DNA of 64,000 nucleotides from the human T2T-CHM13v2.0 reference genome, Homo sapiens: assembly GCF_009914755.1 (NCBI RefSeq), contig NC_060925.1, one strand, 5' to 3'. The position numbers were made by a program, and so were the translations under genes. The notes beneath the pieces were generated by a model. That model was not told the origin of the DNA, ran no database searches, and saw nothing but the letters and a program-made list of their open reading frames with translations. Of this stretch, positions 36,224-49,800 are shown piece by piece (position 1 is the first letter of the stretch; each line of letters opens with the position of its first letter).

Positions 36224-37087
36224 TGTTGACAAAAAAAAAAAAAAAAGCCCAATTCTATTCTAAGCCAAATGTGAAGACCATGACCCATGACACAGCCTCA
36301 GGAACTCCTGAAAACAATGCCCAAGGTGTTTGGATTATAGCTTGATTTTACACATTTTAGGGGAACAGAAGTTACAGGTCGACATCAATATATGTGAGGT
36401 AGACATTGGTTTGGTCCAGAAAGGTGGGACAACTCAAAGCAAGGGCTTACAGGCCATAGGTGGAGTCAAAGATTTTCTGATTGACAATTGGTTGAAAGAA
36501 TTAAATTATTATCTGAAAACCTGAAAACAATAGAAAGGAGTAGATACTTTTTAAGAAAAGAAGTTGTGGAGACCAAAGTTCTTATTATATTGAGGAAGTC
36601 TCGTAGGTGGCCCCTCTTAGAGGCAATAGATGGCAAATGTTCCTGTTCCGACCTTTAAAAGGTGACAGACTCTCAGCTTATCTCATCAGGACCAGCAAAA
36701 CACCTGGAAAGGGAAGGCATTCTCTACATAATGTAAATTTCCCTCACAAGGAACAGCTTTGCAGGGCCATTTCAAAAAACATAAAAGAAATGGTAAAATA
36801 TTTTTATTTATTTCAAGCCCTGCTGTCATTTTCTGATGGTTTTTATTTGTACAAAGAGTCAGTTTTGTCACTCTTAAGATATCTGTTTTAATATTAATGC
36901 CTGTTAGTTGTGCCTGAATTCCCAAGGGAGAGAAGTACAATAAAGCATATCTGACCCCTGCTTCCAATTATGCCCTAACCTAGTTTTTCAGGGTTTTTGT
37001 TTTTTGTTTTTTTTGGAATCGTCTTGGCTGAAAGGTATGGGGGGTCTATTCAGTCTTTTGGGGGCTTAGAATTTTAATTTGGCTTAC
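36224..37087 (-). mobile_element. MER4-family solo LTR
   Basis: gaccatgacccatgacacagcctcagg...gggggcttagaatttt...ggcttaca. Confidence 0.85.
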
Positions 37088-37332
37088 ACAGGTTAATTCT
37101 TGTTTGACCTCTGACTAGTAAGTTAGTTCTGTGGTGACAGCCCACCATTTTAAAGAAAGCTCTTTCTGCTTATTCCAGCACCTGCAGTACATACTTTGTA
37201 GGTAACTATAGAATAGATGTGGAAACAACCTCACTCTATGATGTTCCTGGCACTGCACTGAACAGCCCCCTCTTTCTGGGCAGCCAGGTGGTGTTCTCAC
37301 ACACACTTGCCCCAATTTGCCAGCTTTCCTGG

Positions 37333-37717
37333 TGATATAGTCCAGCTGTTTCCGCACCCAAAATCTCATCTTGAATTCTAATCCCCGTAAATCCTATAAT
37401 CTCCATGTGTCAAGGGAGAAACCAGGTGGAGGTTTCTTGGGGGTGGGGTGGTTTCCCCTATGCTGTTCTCTTGATAGTGAATAAGTTCTCACAAGATCTG
37501 ATGGTTTTATAACTGTTTGAAGAATTTCTCCTTCAATCCTTCTCCATCCTGCCTCCTTGTGAAGAAGGTGCCTGCTTCACCTTGCCTTTGGTCATAAATG
37601 TAAGTTTCCTGAGGCCTCCCCAGCCATGTGGAACTGTGAGTCAATTAAACATCTTTCCTTTATAAATTATCCTGTCTTGGGAAGTTCTTCATAGCAGTAT
37701 GAAAATGGACCAATATA
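37333..37717 (+). mobile_element. THE1D-like solo LTR
   Basis: THE1 consensus features; TSD CCTGG. Confidence 0.9.
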
Positions 37718-37859
37718 CCTGGATTCACAGCTCTGCCCCAGGAAACCCTGGTCACCAGTGTCAGCCTGTGGTCAGACATAAAAGTCACATTCTTACAGCA
37801 AGGCTGGGCTAGGCCTCTTTTTTATTTTTTTATTTTTTTTTGGCTTTCCTTTGTCTCTG

Positions 37860-38400
37860 TGTTACCATAAAAGGGTTCCAGATCCAGACCCCAAGAGAGG
37901 GTTCTTGGATCTCGCACAAGAAAGAATTTGAAGTGAATCCATAGAGTAAAATGAAAGCATGTTCATTAAGAAAGTAAAAGAATAAAGAAGGGCTCCTCCA
38001 TAGGCAGAGCAGCCACGAGTGCTGATGGTTGCCCATTTTTATAATTGTATGCTAAACAAGGGTAGATTATTCATGCCTCCCATTTTTAGACCATATAAGA
38101 TAACCTCCTGATGTTGCCATGGCATTTGTAAACTATCATGGTCCTGGTGGGAGTGTAGCAGTGAGGACAAACAGAGGTCACTCTTATCACTGTCATGATT
38201 TTGATGGGTTTTAGCTGACTTCTTTACTGCAGTCTGCTTTATCAGCAAGGTCTTTATTACCTGCATCTTGTGCTGACCTCCAGTGTCATCCTGTGATTTA
38301 GAATGCCTAACCTACTGGGAACACAGCTCAGCAGGTCTTAGCCTTATTTTACCCAGCCCCTATTCAAGATGGAATTGCTCTTGTTCAAATGCTTCTGACA
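37860..38400 (-). mobile_element. MER41A-like solo LTR
   Basis: ccagaccccaagagagggttcttggatctc...gcttctgaca; lacks the tandem GAS segment of MER41B. Confidence 0.85.
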
Positions 38401-38634
38401 CCTGCCCTAATTAATGAGTTGAATTTCTTTTCTGGTTTTCCGTAAACTTCAACAGTCAGTTGCCTACGTAACAAGCTGTGGGCCAAGGAACAAAGCTCTT
38501 TGTGGGAAGTGTTAACTCCCCAATATCCCAAAGTGTTCATTGAATGCAGGCCCCAGGGAACAGCAACTTCGTGGGCATGTTTGTTAAGAGACAATGAGGG
38601 AAGGATGATATTCCAGGTACACTCCACCAAAAAA

Positions 38635-39022
38635 AAGGGAAGAAAGCCTCAGACGTACATGCATATAGCTTCCTAAACACACTGCGTGTGTCAGTTCCAA
38701 AGAGCAAGGAGAGCACTGCCCGTGCAGAAAGCCCACCCTAGGAGAAAGAGGCAAGCCTATAAAGTCCCAGGATGGAGGTTAAAGGCCCCTTTTTGCTCCC
38801 TTTTTCTTTCTTGGAACTTCAGGTGCCCACTTGGGTCTCTTCCAAGTGAATTTTGCTTTCTTTTCTGTTCTAAAGCCTTTTTCAATAAACTTCACTCCTA
38901 CTCTGAAACTTGCCTCAGTCTCTTTATGCCACTCCGTCAAATTCTTTCTCCTGAGGAGGCAAGTACTGAAGTTGCTACCACCGCTAACTCCGGGTAACTG
39001 GGATTTCTGCCACCCACTAACA
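38635..39022 (+). mobile_element. MER50-group ERV1 LTR fragment
   Basis: cctaaacacactgc...aataaacttcactcctactctgaaacttgcctc...ctgaggaggcaag. Confidence 0.7.
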
Positions 39023-39544
39023 GTGCTTGCTGGTAATGTTTTGGGGGAATTAAAGGAAGACAGATCTGTATCTGCAGCAGCAGAGTATGTGTGTGGTGGG
39101 GGGTAGAGGGGGATATGCCAGATAGGAGAGAAATGTGGATTAAGATGTGATAGAGTCTAGGAAGAATAGGTTTGCAGGACTTAGTGATCCTGAGAATCTA
39201 AATCTCTGGAGTTCAGAGAAGTTCTGGGAAAGGCTCTGGACATCTCTGTCACATATGATGGGTAGTCATGTCTATTTTATTTGAAACCAAAACCAAAACG
39301 AATGCCAGAAGAGTACTGCGTTACATGAAGAATGTAATTACTGAATATTTGCTACATCTTGTGGCTTTATATGCATTACTTAGATTAATCCACAACACAC
39401 ATTAAATCAATTCTCAAAATAACCTTGTTGTCTAAGCATTACATGCACCTTCCAGGTGATACAGCATCCTAGATATCCAGAGAGATTAAATAACTCACTC
39501 AAGTACACATCTATGATAAGGGGCAGGGTGCTCACAGCTGTCAA

Positions 39545-39975
39545 TGAAACCATCTTCACAGGGTTAATAAGAATGACATTAATCAGGTGTACTTTGGCCC
39601 ACTTCCTTGTAACTGAAAGTCATGTAGCTCTAGATACGGACCATTTGCATCGTCACTTTTCCTATAGATAGGATCACTGTTGTTAGAATCATAAGGCTTT
39701 CCTTTAAGAATTGTTTAAGATGTTTTCCAGATCCTGAATTCCAGCTGACACAAACCAGTTTTAGGAATCCCGCAGGGACATTAAATTGGCATGAGAATGC
39801 AGTTTTTTCATTTCCCCATCCCACGATTTTGTCTTGCATTCTTAGAGCAATCAATGATCTTCATGCCATGGCCCATTCCAATCCCCTTAAAATTCCTATC
39901 CCCGAACTCCTCAGGGAGGTGTATTTGAGGTTTGCTCCTATCTCCTCATTCAGCAGCCTTATAGTTAAAACTCTT
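39545..39975 (+). mobile_element. ERV1 LTR (MER72/LTR54-like), truncated at an Alu
   Basis: tgaaaccatcttcacagggtt...ccttaaaattcctatccccgaactcctcagggag. Confidence 0.6.
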
Positions 39976-40110
39976 GGCCAGGTGCAGTGGCTCACGCCCG
40001 TAATCCTAGCACTTCGGGAGGCTGAGGTGGGCGGATCATGAGGCCAGGAGATCGAGACCATCCTGGCTAACACAGTGAAACCCCCGTCTCTACTAAAAAT
40101 ACAAAAAATT
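39976..40110 (+). mobile_element. AluY/Sc-type left monomer only
   Basis: gagatcgagaccatcctggctaac; ends at the linker aaaaatacaaaaaatt. Confidence 0.9.
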
Positions 40111-40298
40111 TTGGTTTATAGTGGCAAACTGCACATACTGTTCTACATTCATGCCATCCAGCATGGCACCCACTATAGACACCACTGAGCTGATTTGTTT
40201 TTACCTTCTTCAACAAAAGTGGCACCCTCCCAAAAGGGAATGCACCTTCTCATCTTGAAACCATTAAGCAAGCCATTCATTAAGCAAGCAGATCTTTA

Positions 40299-40600
40299 CT
40301 TTTTTTTTTTTTCTTTTCTTGAGACAGAGTCTCACTTTGTCACTCAGGCTGGAGTATAGTGGCTTGATCTCAGCTCACTGCAACCTCTGCCTCCTGGACT
40401 CAAGCTGTCCTTCCATCTCAGCCTCCTGCATAGCTGGGACTACAGGTATGAACTACTATGCTCAGATAATTTTTATATTTTTGTGTAGAGATGGGATTTT
40501 ATCAAATTTCCCAGGCTGGTCTCAAACTCCTGGGCTCAAGCAATCTGCTCTCCTAAGCCTCCCAAAGTGCTGGCATTTGAGTTGTGAGCCACCATGCCTG
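40299..40600 (-). mobile_element. AluJ-like SINE
   Basis: Antisense Alu with poly-T; flanking direct repeat cagatcttta. Confidence 0.9.
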
Positions 40601-40757
40601 GATTTTAATCAGATCTTTATTGAATGATAAAAGTGTTCATTGAATGCAGGCCCCAGGGAACAGCAGCTTCCTGGGCATGTAGATTCTAGCACCTCCTCAA
40701 GGGTTTCCAAATGTGGCTCCTGTGGAAAAGAACCTACCTGCACACGAGTACTCATGA

Positions 40758-41460
40758 TGTTACAGTAGGTAGTCAGGCAGACAGGAGCAGGGCAGGAGAG
40801 GATTCCGCTAACCAGGAATGTTAGGTGACCATCATGTGACGGTGAGGCAGCTGTTACATTGACTCTCTAAAATAATAATTGGTCACAACTGGCACCAGAG
40901 AAAGGCAGTATCCCAATAGATAGGAAAAACCTATAATTGGTGATAAGCAGCTTCCCATTAAGATCACAGGAGTTGGGTGAGTGGGCTCAAGCATATGCAG
41001 TAAGAGGCAAAATGGTGGAGTTTGGCTGGTATATGACCTTCTAGGAACATTCAACCTGGAAGGGAAGAATTCCTCAAGTGAGCATGTGTACACCTCCAGT
41101 AAACACACTGTGCATGCGACCCCTCCCAAGTGCTGACAGGCTAGTGGGCATGTAGAGAGCCCACCCCAAGAGAAGAATCAGGGGAGAAGGAACACAAGAC
41201 CCCAGAAGCATGCCAATGTATAAAACTCCAAGTCAGAGGTCAAACTGGGCATTTGGATCTCTCAAGTCACCTGCTTGGACCCTTTCCAAATGTACTTTAC
41301 TTTCTTTCATTCTGCTCTAAAGTTTTTAGCAATTTTTCCTCCTGCTCTAAAACTTGCCTTGGTCACACACTCTGCCTTGTGCCCTGTGGTCAGATTCTTT
41401 CTTCTGAGGAGGCAAGAACTGAGGTTGCTGCACACCTGTACAGATTTGCCACTGCTAACA
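40758..41460 (+). mobile_element. MER50 solo LTR
   Basis: tgttacagtaggtagtcaggcagac...gagcagggcaggagagg...ccactgctaaca. Confidence 0.85.
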
Positions 41461-41469
41461 AACAGAGCT

Positions 41470-41705
41470 TAATCTCTAGTCCCTGTCTTCTCCCCAGAGG
41501 TTGGCATAGGGGTAGAGTTAAAATTGCCAACCCTCTAATCACATGCATGGTTTCTCAAGCAACCAGTCACTATCCTGAAGTTCTGTAGGGACCTGCCAAG
41601 AGTCAACGCATTAGTGTACACTCAGATACGGTCAAAAGGGGTTCGTGTGAATAATAAAGACATTCCTATTCCTCAGAAAATTCTAAGGGTTTGGAAGCTC
41701 CTGGC
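41470..41705. mobile_element. MER21-like LTR fragment
   Basis: ccctctaatcacatg...aataataaagacattcctattcctcagaaaattctaagggttt. Confidence 0.65.
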
Positions 41706-41879
41706 AAATTATAAACCTGGGGTTGATCCAAGTGTCCATCTCTGCACAACACTCATGCTGCCTGACACAATCATCAACATCTCAGGTGACACCATTATAA
41801 ATTCACGCAGCCTAGTCTCAAGCAAACTTTAACACCACTCAGCAATTTTATGTGCATGACAGCTATTGAAAGATAATAT

Positions 41880-42130
41880 AAATTAATAATAGTGCTTATT
41901 GAATGCTCCCTATGTGCCAGACTCTTCTAAGCATTCTGCAGGTTTTAACTCATTTAATCCTCATAAACACTGTATAAAATAGGTATCATTATCCCCAGTT
42001 AGAAAATAGAAACAAGAGACATAAGAACACTAAGTCATTTGCTCAAGTTCACACAGCTGGGAAATATCAGAACCAGGATTTAAATCCAGGTAGTTTGAAT
42101 CCAGAACCCACATTTTCATCATTCTGCTGA
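41880..42130 (-). mobile_element. MIR SINE
   Basis: ctatgtgccagac...tcatttaatcctcat...ttgctcaagttcacacagct...ccaggatttaaatccagg. Confidence 0.85.
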
Positions 42131-42177
42131 ATCCTTCTCACATTCTCCCAAACCTCTCCATATTTTTAGCAGAACAT

Positions 42178-43039
42178 TAAACCACCTTTGCAAAAAATTG
42201 TATCACTGGGAAAATCATAACAGTAAGGTGAACTAACTCTCCCCTCTACTCTCCTGCAAAACTTGCCTTTCCCTTAACTATTGAAGACATTTTGGCTACA
42301 GTCAGGGGTTTCCAATCTTTTGGCTTCCCTTGGCCACATTGGAAGAATTATCCTGGGCCATACACAAAATACACTAACACTAACAATAGCTGAGGAGCTA
42401 AAAATAAATACTCATAACGTTTTAAGAAAGTTTACAAAATTGTGTTGGGCTGTATTCAATGTGGCTTGTGGGCCACAGGTTAGACAAGCTTGGAATGATA
42501 ATAGGCCTTGCCCAACACTCAACTCAACTGCTATTGTAAAGCTAATGGGATGCCATGAGGCTGAGGGGAGGAGAGGACCTTGAGTCCTGCTAAGGTGCAG
42601 ACATAAATGACTCCAGAGGTTATAAGATATGCAGCTTTTCCAATTATTCCTGCAAATAACACCAGTATTGTAGATTGATCTTTTGAGATATCTTTCCAGG
42701 TTTTTTGCATGTCTGACACCCATGGTTCCATCTGGACCACCAATCCTGCTCCTGTAGCCCCACCCATAAGCAATTCAGCCCTCAGGAGGACAGTTTTGAC
42801 CCCCTATGATTTCATCTTTGTCCCAACCAATCAGCAGCAAGCACCTATTACCCTACTCCTTTACCCAAACTGCCTTTGAAAATTCCCTAACTTTTGAGCT
42901 TTGAACAAGATGATTTGAGTACAAACTCCATCTCTCACATGGCATGGCTGGCCTTGCATCTATTAAACTTTTTTTATTTACTACAATGCTGTGGTCTATC
43001 TTTATGCAGTGGGCAGGAAATACCCCTTAGGCGGTTGCA
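42178..43039 (+). mobile_element. ERV1 solo LTR (LTR26/LTR8-like) containing MER30
   Basis: aaaccacctttgcaaaaa start; ...gcagtgggcaggaaataccccttaggcggttgca end. Confidence 0.65.
42303..42492 (+). mobile_element. MER30 hAT DNA transposon (MITE)
   Basis: caggggtttccaatcttttggcttccc...ctcataacgttttaagaaagtttac...gacaagcttg. Confidence 0.85.
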
Positions 43040-43388
43040 GCATCTCCATAACCTCACTCCCCAAATATCATCCTTTTTCTTCATCTTCCACGTCACAGCA
43101 ATGCCTCTACACTTGCTCCAAGACACTTACTCCTTGGCCTTCCTCCACCAGCACTGCTCAGAATGCCACCAGGCAACCAGAAACCACCCAACATTTGGCA
43201 CTGTTGACCCCTTTCTTTTTTTTCTTCTTGAGAACTCTTTCTCGGTTTCCCTGACATCACTCTCTGCTGGATCCCCTTCCTCCTGCTGTTCTCCTCAGGC
43301 TCTTCTGCTGCCTCCTCTTTCTCTACCTTCACCCTTCCCCTGAAGGTGCTTCTAAGGATCTTGTCATAAGCCCATTTCTTTCTCTGTC

Positions 43389-43672
43389 AGACAGAGGGCC
43401 TTGTTCTGCCATTCAGGCTGAAGTGCAGTGGTGTGATCATAGCTTACTGCAGTCTCAAACTCCCAGGCTTAAGCAATCCTCCTGCCTCAGCCTCCTGAGT
43501 TGCTGGGACTATAGGTGTGTGCCACCAAGCTTGGACCATTTTTTAATTTTTAATTTTATAGAGACATGGTCTTGCTATGTTGCCCAGGCTGGTCTCAAAC
43601 TCCTGGGCTCAAATAATCCTCCTACATCAGTGTCCCAAAGTGCTGTGGTTGCAGTTGTAAGCTGTGCCCAGC
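43389..43672 (-). mobile_element. AluJ-like SINE
   Basis: Diverged antisense Alu. Confidence 0.85.
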
Positions 43673-43898
43673 CTTTATGTTCTTACTAGGCCATCTACTT
43701 TCCTGGCTTCAATAATCATTCCCATGCTGCTAATGCCCAAGTCTGTGTCTCCACCCATCACCCTCTGCTTAGTGTCAGACCCTGCATTCAGCTCTCTACT
43801 AGACGTCTCCACTGGCACCTCCAACTCAATGTGTCCAATGTTGCATTTTTCTTCATCTTCTAGTCTATTTCTGTGATTCCATTTTAAGGCAATGGCCC

Positions 43899-46800
43899 TG
43901 TATTACTCAAGATTTTCTAGAGGGACAGAAGTAATAAAATAGATAGACAGATAAAGGGGGGTCTATTCCAGAGTATTAACTCACATGATCACAAGGTCCC
44001 ACAATAGGCCGTCTGCAAACTGAGGAGCAATGAAGCCAGTCCGAGTCCCAAAGCTGAAGAACTTGGAGTCTGATGTTCAAGGGCAGGAAGTATCCAGCAT
44101 GGGAGAAAGATGTAGGCTGGGAGGGTAAGAAAGTCTAGCCTTTTCACGTCCTTCCTGCTTTTATTCTGGCTGCATTGGCAGCTGATTAGATTGTGCCACA
44201 CATATTAAGGGTGAGTCTGCCTTTCCCAGCCCACTGACTCAAATGTTAGTCTCCTTTGGCAACACCCTTGCAGACTCACCCAGGATCAATACTTTACCTC
44301 CTCCAATCCAACCAACTTGACACTTAGTATTAACCATCCCAAGTCCACCCTTTGTCAACCTGAACCCATACACATCTCCTGACATCATACATAATCTTCA
44401 GAGACAATAAGTTCAAAATTACGCCTTACATGTACAACTATCCTTCGTAAACCAGAAATGCACCAATCCCCAACCAAAATGCTATTACATAAAGTTAACA
44501 CTTAAAATGCTGACATGAAATTTATAAATCTTATGTCACATGATAAAAAGGAAAGGAAATAAAATGAAGATATTTTCTTAGTACAAGTGTATACATGTGC
44601 AAACATGTTTTTAATAAAAGAAGGAGGAAATACTCATGACAATTACAGCCCTCATTTCTGCAACTACTCACGTGGTCATAGCTGATATTGATGACTACCT
44701 TTTTCTACCATCTATTCTGTATTCCCTTTGTCTTCAGCCTGCACCTCAGCAGGTCGTGGTTTTGTTTTTTTTGGGTGTTTGTTTGTTTGTTTTTGATGGA
44801 GTGAACCAAACCTTTATTCCCAAAGGGTCTGGATGATTTGTAGTCCTGCCTGGATTGGGCTGTTGTAGTTTCCCATTGACCTTAATCACAGGGCATGGTA
44901 ATACTAAGAGACACCCCAAGGGATCTCCTGTATTCCATGCATACTCTTTCTTACCTCCATTGTGGAGTAGTAGACTGATTTCATCTTGATAGTCTGGTCA
45001 ATCACTCTGGCCAACACTATAACTCCCTTCTTAGCCTGTTGACTTAAAGGTAAGAGGAGCCTAAAGTGTCCAGGTGGCAATCTTCCAGTTTAATGGAATC
45101 ATTGTTGTGTCTCCTGGTGGCACCATTCCTCCCTCTTGGCCAGCAGAAAGTACTGTCATGGGAATGGGAAGCAAAAATTTTGCTAGTGGGTCACTAGGGG
45201 TGATGGTGAATGGTGCCACTTCCACTTCCACCCCTTCATTCCTGGACCCGTGAATCCTGGCTATGGGAGAAACAATACCATATATTGGATGCTAACTCAG
45301 AGCATACACACCCTTCTGGAGAACTTTGCTCCGGCCCTGCAAAGTATTGTCCCCCAGTTGGCATTGTAATTGTGACTTCAAAAGGCCATTCCACCGTTCT
45401 ATTAATCCAGCTGCTTCAGGATGATAAGAAACATGGCAGGACCAGTGAATTCCATGAGCATGAGCCCACTGCTGCACTTCTTTAGCTGTAAAATAAGTGC
45501 CACAGAGGCAATGCTGTGTGGAATACCGTGATGATGGATAAGGCGTTCCGTCAGTCCATGGATGGCAGTCTTGGGAGAAGCATTGCATGCAGGATAGGCA
45601 AACACATATCCAGAATAAGTGCCTATTCCAGTGAAAACAAACATTTACCCTTTCCATGATGGAAGAGGTCCAATATAATCAACCTTCCACCAGGTAGCTA
45701 GCTGATCACCCTGAGTAATGGTGCCATATGGAGGGCTCCGTGTTGGTCTCCGATGTTGGTAAATTGGGTACTCAGCAGTGGCTGTAGCCAGGTAAGCCTT
45801 GGTGAATGGAAGTCCATGTTGCTGAGCCCATGCATGACCTCCATCCCTGCCACCATGATCACTTTGTTCATGGGCCCATTGGATGATGACAGAGGTGGCT
45901 GGGGCTTTCCCTGAGTGGTGTCCATAGAACAAGTCATGCTATCCACTTGATTATTACAGTCCTCCTCTGCTTAGGTCACCCTTTGGTGAACACTCACATG
46001 GAATACAAATATCTTCAAGTTTTTGACCACCCAGAGAGGTCCATCCATATACCCTTTCCCCACATTTCTTTGTCACCAATTTTCCAATCACGCTTCTTCC
46101 AACTCTCTAACCATCCAGCCAAACCATTGGCTACAGCCCATGCACATCTGGCCATTTCTCCTTCCACGCAGAGTGCACTGCTTGAAGTTTTGCCCACTGG
46201 AAAGATTTCCCTTCACCACTGTCTTTCAGGGATGTCCTAGAAAGCAGGGCTGTAGTGCTGCAGCTGTCCACTTTCGGGTGGTGCCTGCATATTGTGCAGA
46301 ACCATCTGTGAATCAGGCCCTAGTCTTCTCTTTCTCTGTCAATTGATCATAGTGAACTCCCCTTGAGGCCATTGGTGCAGGCTGGAGGAGAGAAGACAGG
46401 GTGGCAGGAGTGACCATGGCATTTGAGCCACTTCCTTATGTAACTTACTTGTGCCTTCAGGACCTCCTTCAGCCCAATCACGTATATACCACTTCCATTT
46501 GATGATGGAATGCTGCTGTGCATGACCCACTTTATGGCTACATGTGTCAGAAAGCATCCAGTTCAAGATAGGTGGTTCAGGTAGCATGATGTCTTGATGA
46601 CCCATAGTCAAATGTTTAGTTTCCATCAAAGCCCCGCAACAGACCAAGAGCTGTCTCTCAAAAGGAGAGTAGTCATCTGCCAAAGATGGCAAGGCCTTAC
46701 CTCAAAATCCTAGAGGCCTCTGCTGTGATTCACCTTCAGGGATCCTGCCAGAGACTCCAAACAGCATCCCTATCTGCCACGGACACCTCAAGCACCATTG

Positions 46801-49800
46801 GATCTTCTGGGTCATATGGTCCAAGGGGCAGAGCAGCTTGCACAGCAACCTGGACCTGTTGCAGAGCCTTCTACTGTTCTGGATCCCACTCAAAGCTGGC
46901 AGCCTTTCAGGTCACTCAATAAATGAGCCAGAATAACACACTCAAATGAGGAATGTGTTGCCTCCAAAATCCAAATAGGCCCACTAGGAATTGTGCCTCT
47001 TTCTTGGTTGCAGGAGGGGCTGAATGCAGCAACTTATCCTTCACCTTAGAAGAAATATCTCGACAGGCCCCACACAACTGGACCCCTAGAAATTTTACTG
47101 AGGTAGAGGGTTCCTGAATTTTAGTTGAATTTATTTTCCATCCTCTGGCATGCAACTATCTCACCAATAAGTCCAGTGTATTTGCTACTTTTTGCTCACT
47201 GGATCCAACCAGCATAATGTCATGAATGTAATGCACCAATGTGATATCTTACAGAAGCAAAAAGCAATCAAGCTCTCTCCGAATAAGTTTATGACACAAA
47301 GCTGGAGAGTTGATATACCCCTGAAGTAGGACAGTAAAGGTATATTGCTGGCCTTGCTGGCTGAAGGCAAATTGTGTCTGGTGGCCCTTATGGACAGGAA
47401 TGGAGAAAAAGGCATTTGCCAAGTCAATAGCTGCATACCAGGTACCAGGAGATGATGTGTTAATTTGCTCAAGCACTGAAACCACATGTGGTACAGTAGC
47501 TGCAATTGGAGTCACCACTTAGTTAAGCTTACAGTAATCCACTGTCATTCTTCAAGATCCATCTGTCTTCTGCACAGGCCAAATAGGAGAGTTGAACAGG
47601 GTTGTGGTGGGAATCACCACCTCTGTGTCTTTCAAGTCCTTGATGGTGGCACTAATCTCCGTAATCCCTGCAGGGATGTAATATTGTTTTTGATTTACTG
47701 TTTTTCTAGGTAGAGCTAGCTCTAATGGTTTCCATCTGGCTTTTCCCACCATAATAGCCCTCACCCTACCAATCCGGGAGCCAATGTGGGGGTTCTGCCA
47801 GCTGCTAAGTGTGTCTATGCCAATTATGCATTCTGGCACTAGGGAAATGACCACAGGATGATTTCAGGGACCCACTGGACCCACTGTAAGTCAGACCTGA
47901 GCTAAAACTCTATTAATTACCTGACCTCCATAAGCCCCTACTTTAACTGGAGGACCACAGTGATGTTTTGGGTCCCCTAGAATCAACATCAGCTAAGAGC
48001 AAATGTCCAGTAGTCCCCCAAATGTCTGATTATTTCCCTTTACCCAACGCACAGTTACCCTGGTAAAAGGCTGGAGGTCTCCTTGGGGAAGGATGGGAGA
48101 AAGATTAACAGCATAAATTGTCAGTAGTGTAGTGGAGTTCTTCCTCAAGGGGACCCAACCTCCCCTTTATTCATGGGGTTCTGTGTCTGTAAACTGGCTC
48201 AAGTCTGAAAATTGAGGGTGCTGTGATTCTGTTTTTATAATTCAAGTTAGTCTTTTGTCCACTCGACCTTGAAGTTCTCTGCTTATATAAATTAGGTAGG
48301 AATGCAGTAGGCTTCCTATCAATTTCACTTCTAGGAACACCATAATTAATTAGCCAATGCCAGAGCTCTACAAGTCAGACTATTCTTATTGCTGTTTTTC
48401 CTCTGGTCTCCATTACAGTAGCTATGACCCCTACCCCCTTGTCTTTGATGCTTGATTGACACCACTTGGCCCCTGCCACCTCAGGGTCCAATTATTCCCA
48501 TTGTATTTAAATTTTGTAGTTTAGTGACTATGGTTCCTACTGTTAGATCTGGCATACAGAGAAGAGCAATTACAGGGCTCTTCAAAGATGCAGGTGCTGC
48601 CCTCAAAAATCTATTTTGCAAAGCACTGGTCAAGGGTATATCTTCTGGATCCTCCCAGCTGGGATGAATAGGTCTAAAGTGACTAATCTACTTCAGCAAC
48701 CCAGTCTCCCTAAGCCTTTGGATTCCTTCCTGTACATCAAATCAAGGGAGATCAGACATTTCCAGCTCCCTCACAGTGGGCCATATTTTAATCCATATTT
48801 CAGTAAACCAAGCAAATAAACTATTAGAACCTTTTTTAACTCCCTGAGTTACAACATGAATGCAGAATCTCTACTTAGTGGGCCCAAATCAATCATTCAG
48901 CCTGATCCAACTCTATGTTCCTTCCAGCATTATTCCATACCCTTAATATCCATTCCCATACCTGTTCTCCAGATTTCTGCTTATATAAATTAGAAAACTC
49001 AAGCAGTTCTTTTTGAATATAGTGCACCTCCTCATGGATCACACTCTGAACCTCACCTCTAGGGGCCTGCCAGGGCTTTAGTCTAGTTATAGGTCTAGAA
49101 GCAAACAGGGGTGTTGGGGGTGGCTTCTGAAGAGAATCAACATTATCTTGCCTGGCAACTGCCTCAGGGGAGACCATCACTGTTGTCTCAGGCAGTTCAG
49201 GGTTTATCTCCTCAGACAAAGGTGGAAAGGCTGTTGGCAGCATGGATTTGAGAGGAAATGTTGCCACTAATGGGGATGGGAAGCTGTTTCTTCTGGCAAA
49301 AAAAGGTTCATCACAGTTTACAAGCTCAGTGTCCCCAGCTTCATCAGGGTCCTCCCACGTATACCCATTCCAAGTTTCAGGGTCCCATTCTTTTCCAAAC
49401 AGTGCCTTCATTTTAACAGTAGACAACTGGCGAGGCTGTGCATGCACCTTTCATTGCAGGCCAGCCACTCGTATGATAAGAGCTTGTGTCTGTTTTTCTA
49501 CAATTTCAGCTCTTTCTCTACAGGAGATAAGACTCTCACACAGGGCAATCTTAGCAGATTTGAGGCTCAGTACCTGCTCTTTAAGCTGGGAATCAGAATC
49601 CCTGAGTTCATCATTTTCTTTCATCACTTTGTCCCGTGAACTTAGGAGCAACCAACCAACTTCATTTTGTTCCTTGGTTCTCCACATATAGTCAAAGGTA
49701 TCATGTATAGAGTCACTAAACTCCTTGCCTTGCACAAGCATGAATCAGGAGTGTTGAATGCATTTATTTTGCATAACTCTCCAAACAGTTCATGCAAAGA

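Noticed and set aside
37860-38400. Interferon-gamma-inducible MER41 enhancer
   Set aside because: Reads GGAGG-CATGAATAAT directly on the - strand, lacking the tandem STAT1/GAS segment of MER41B
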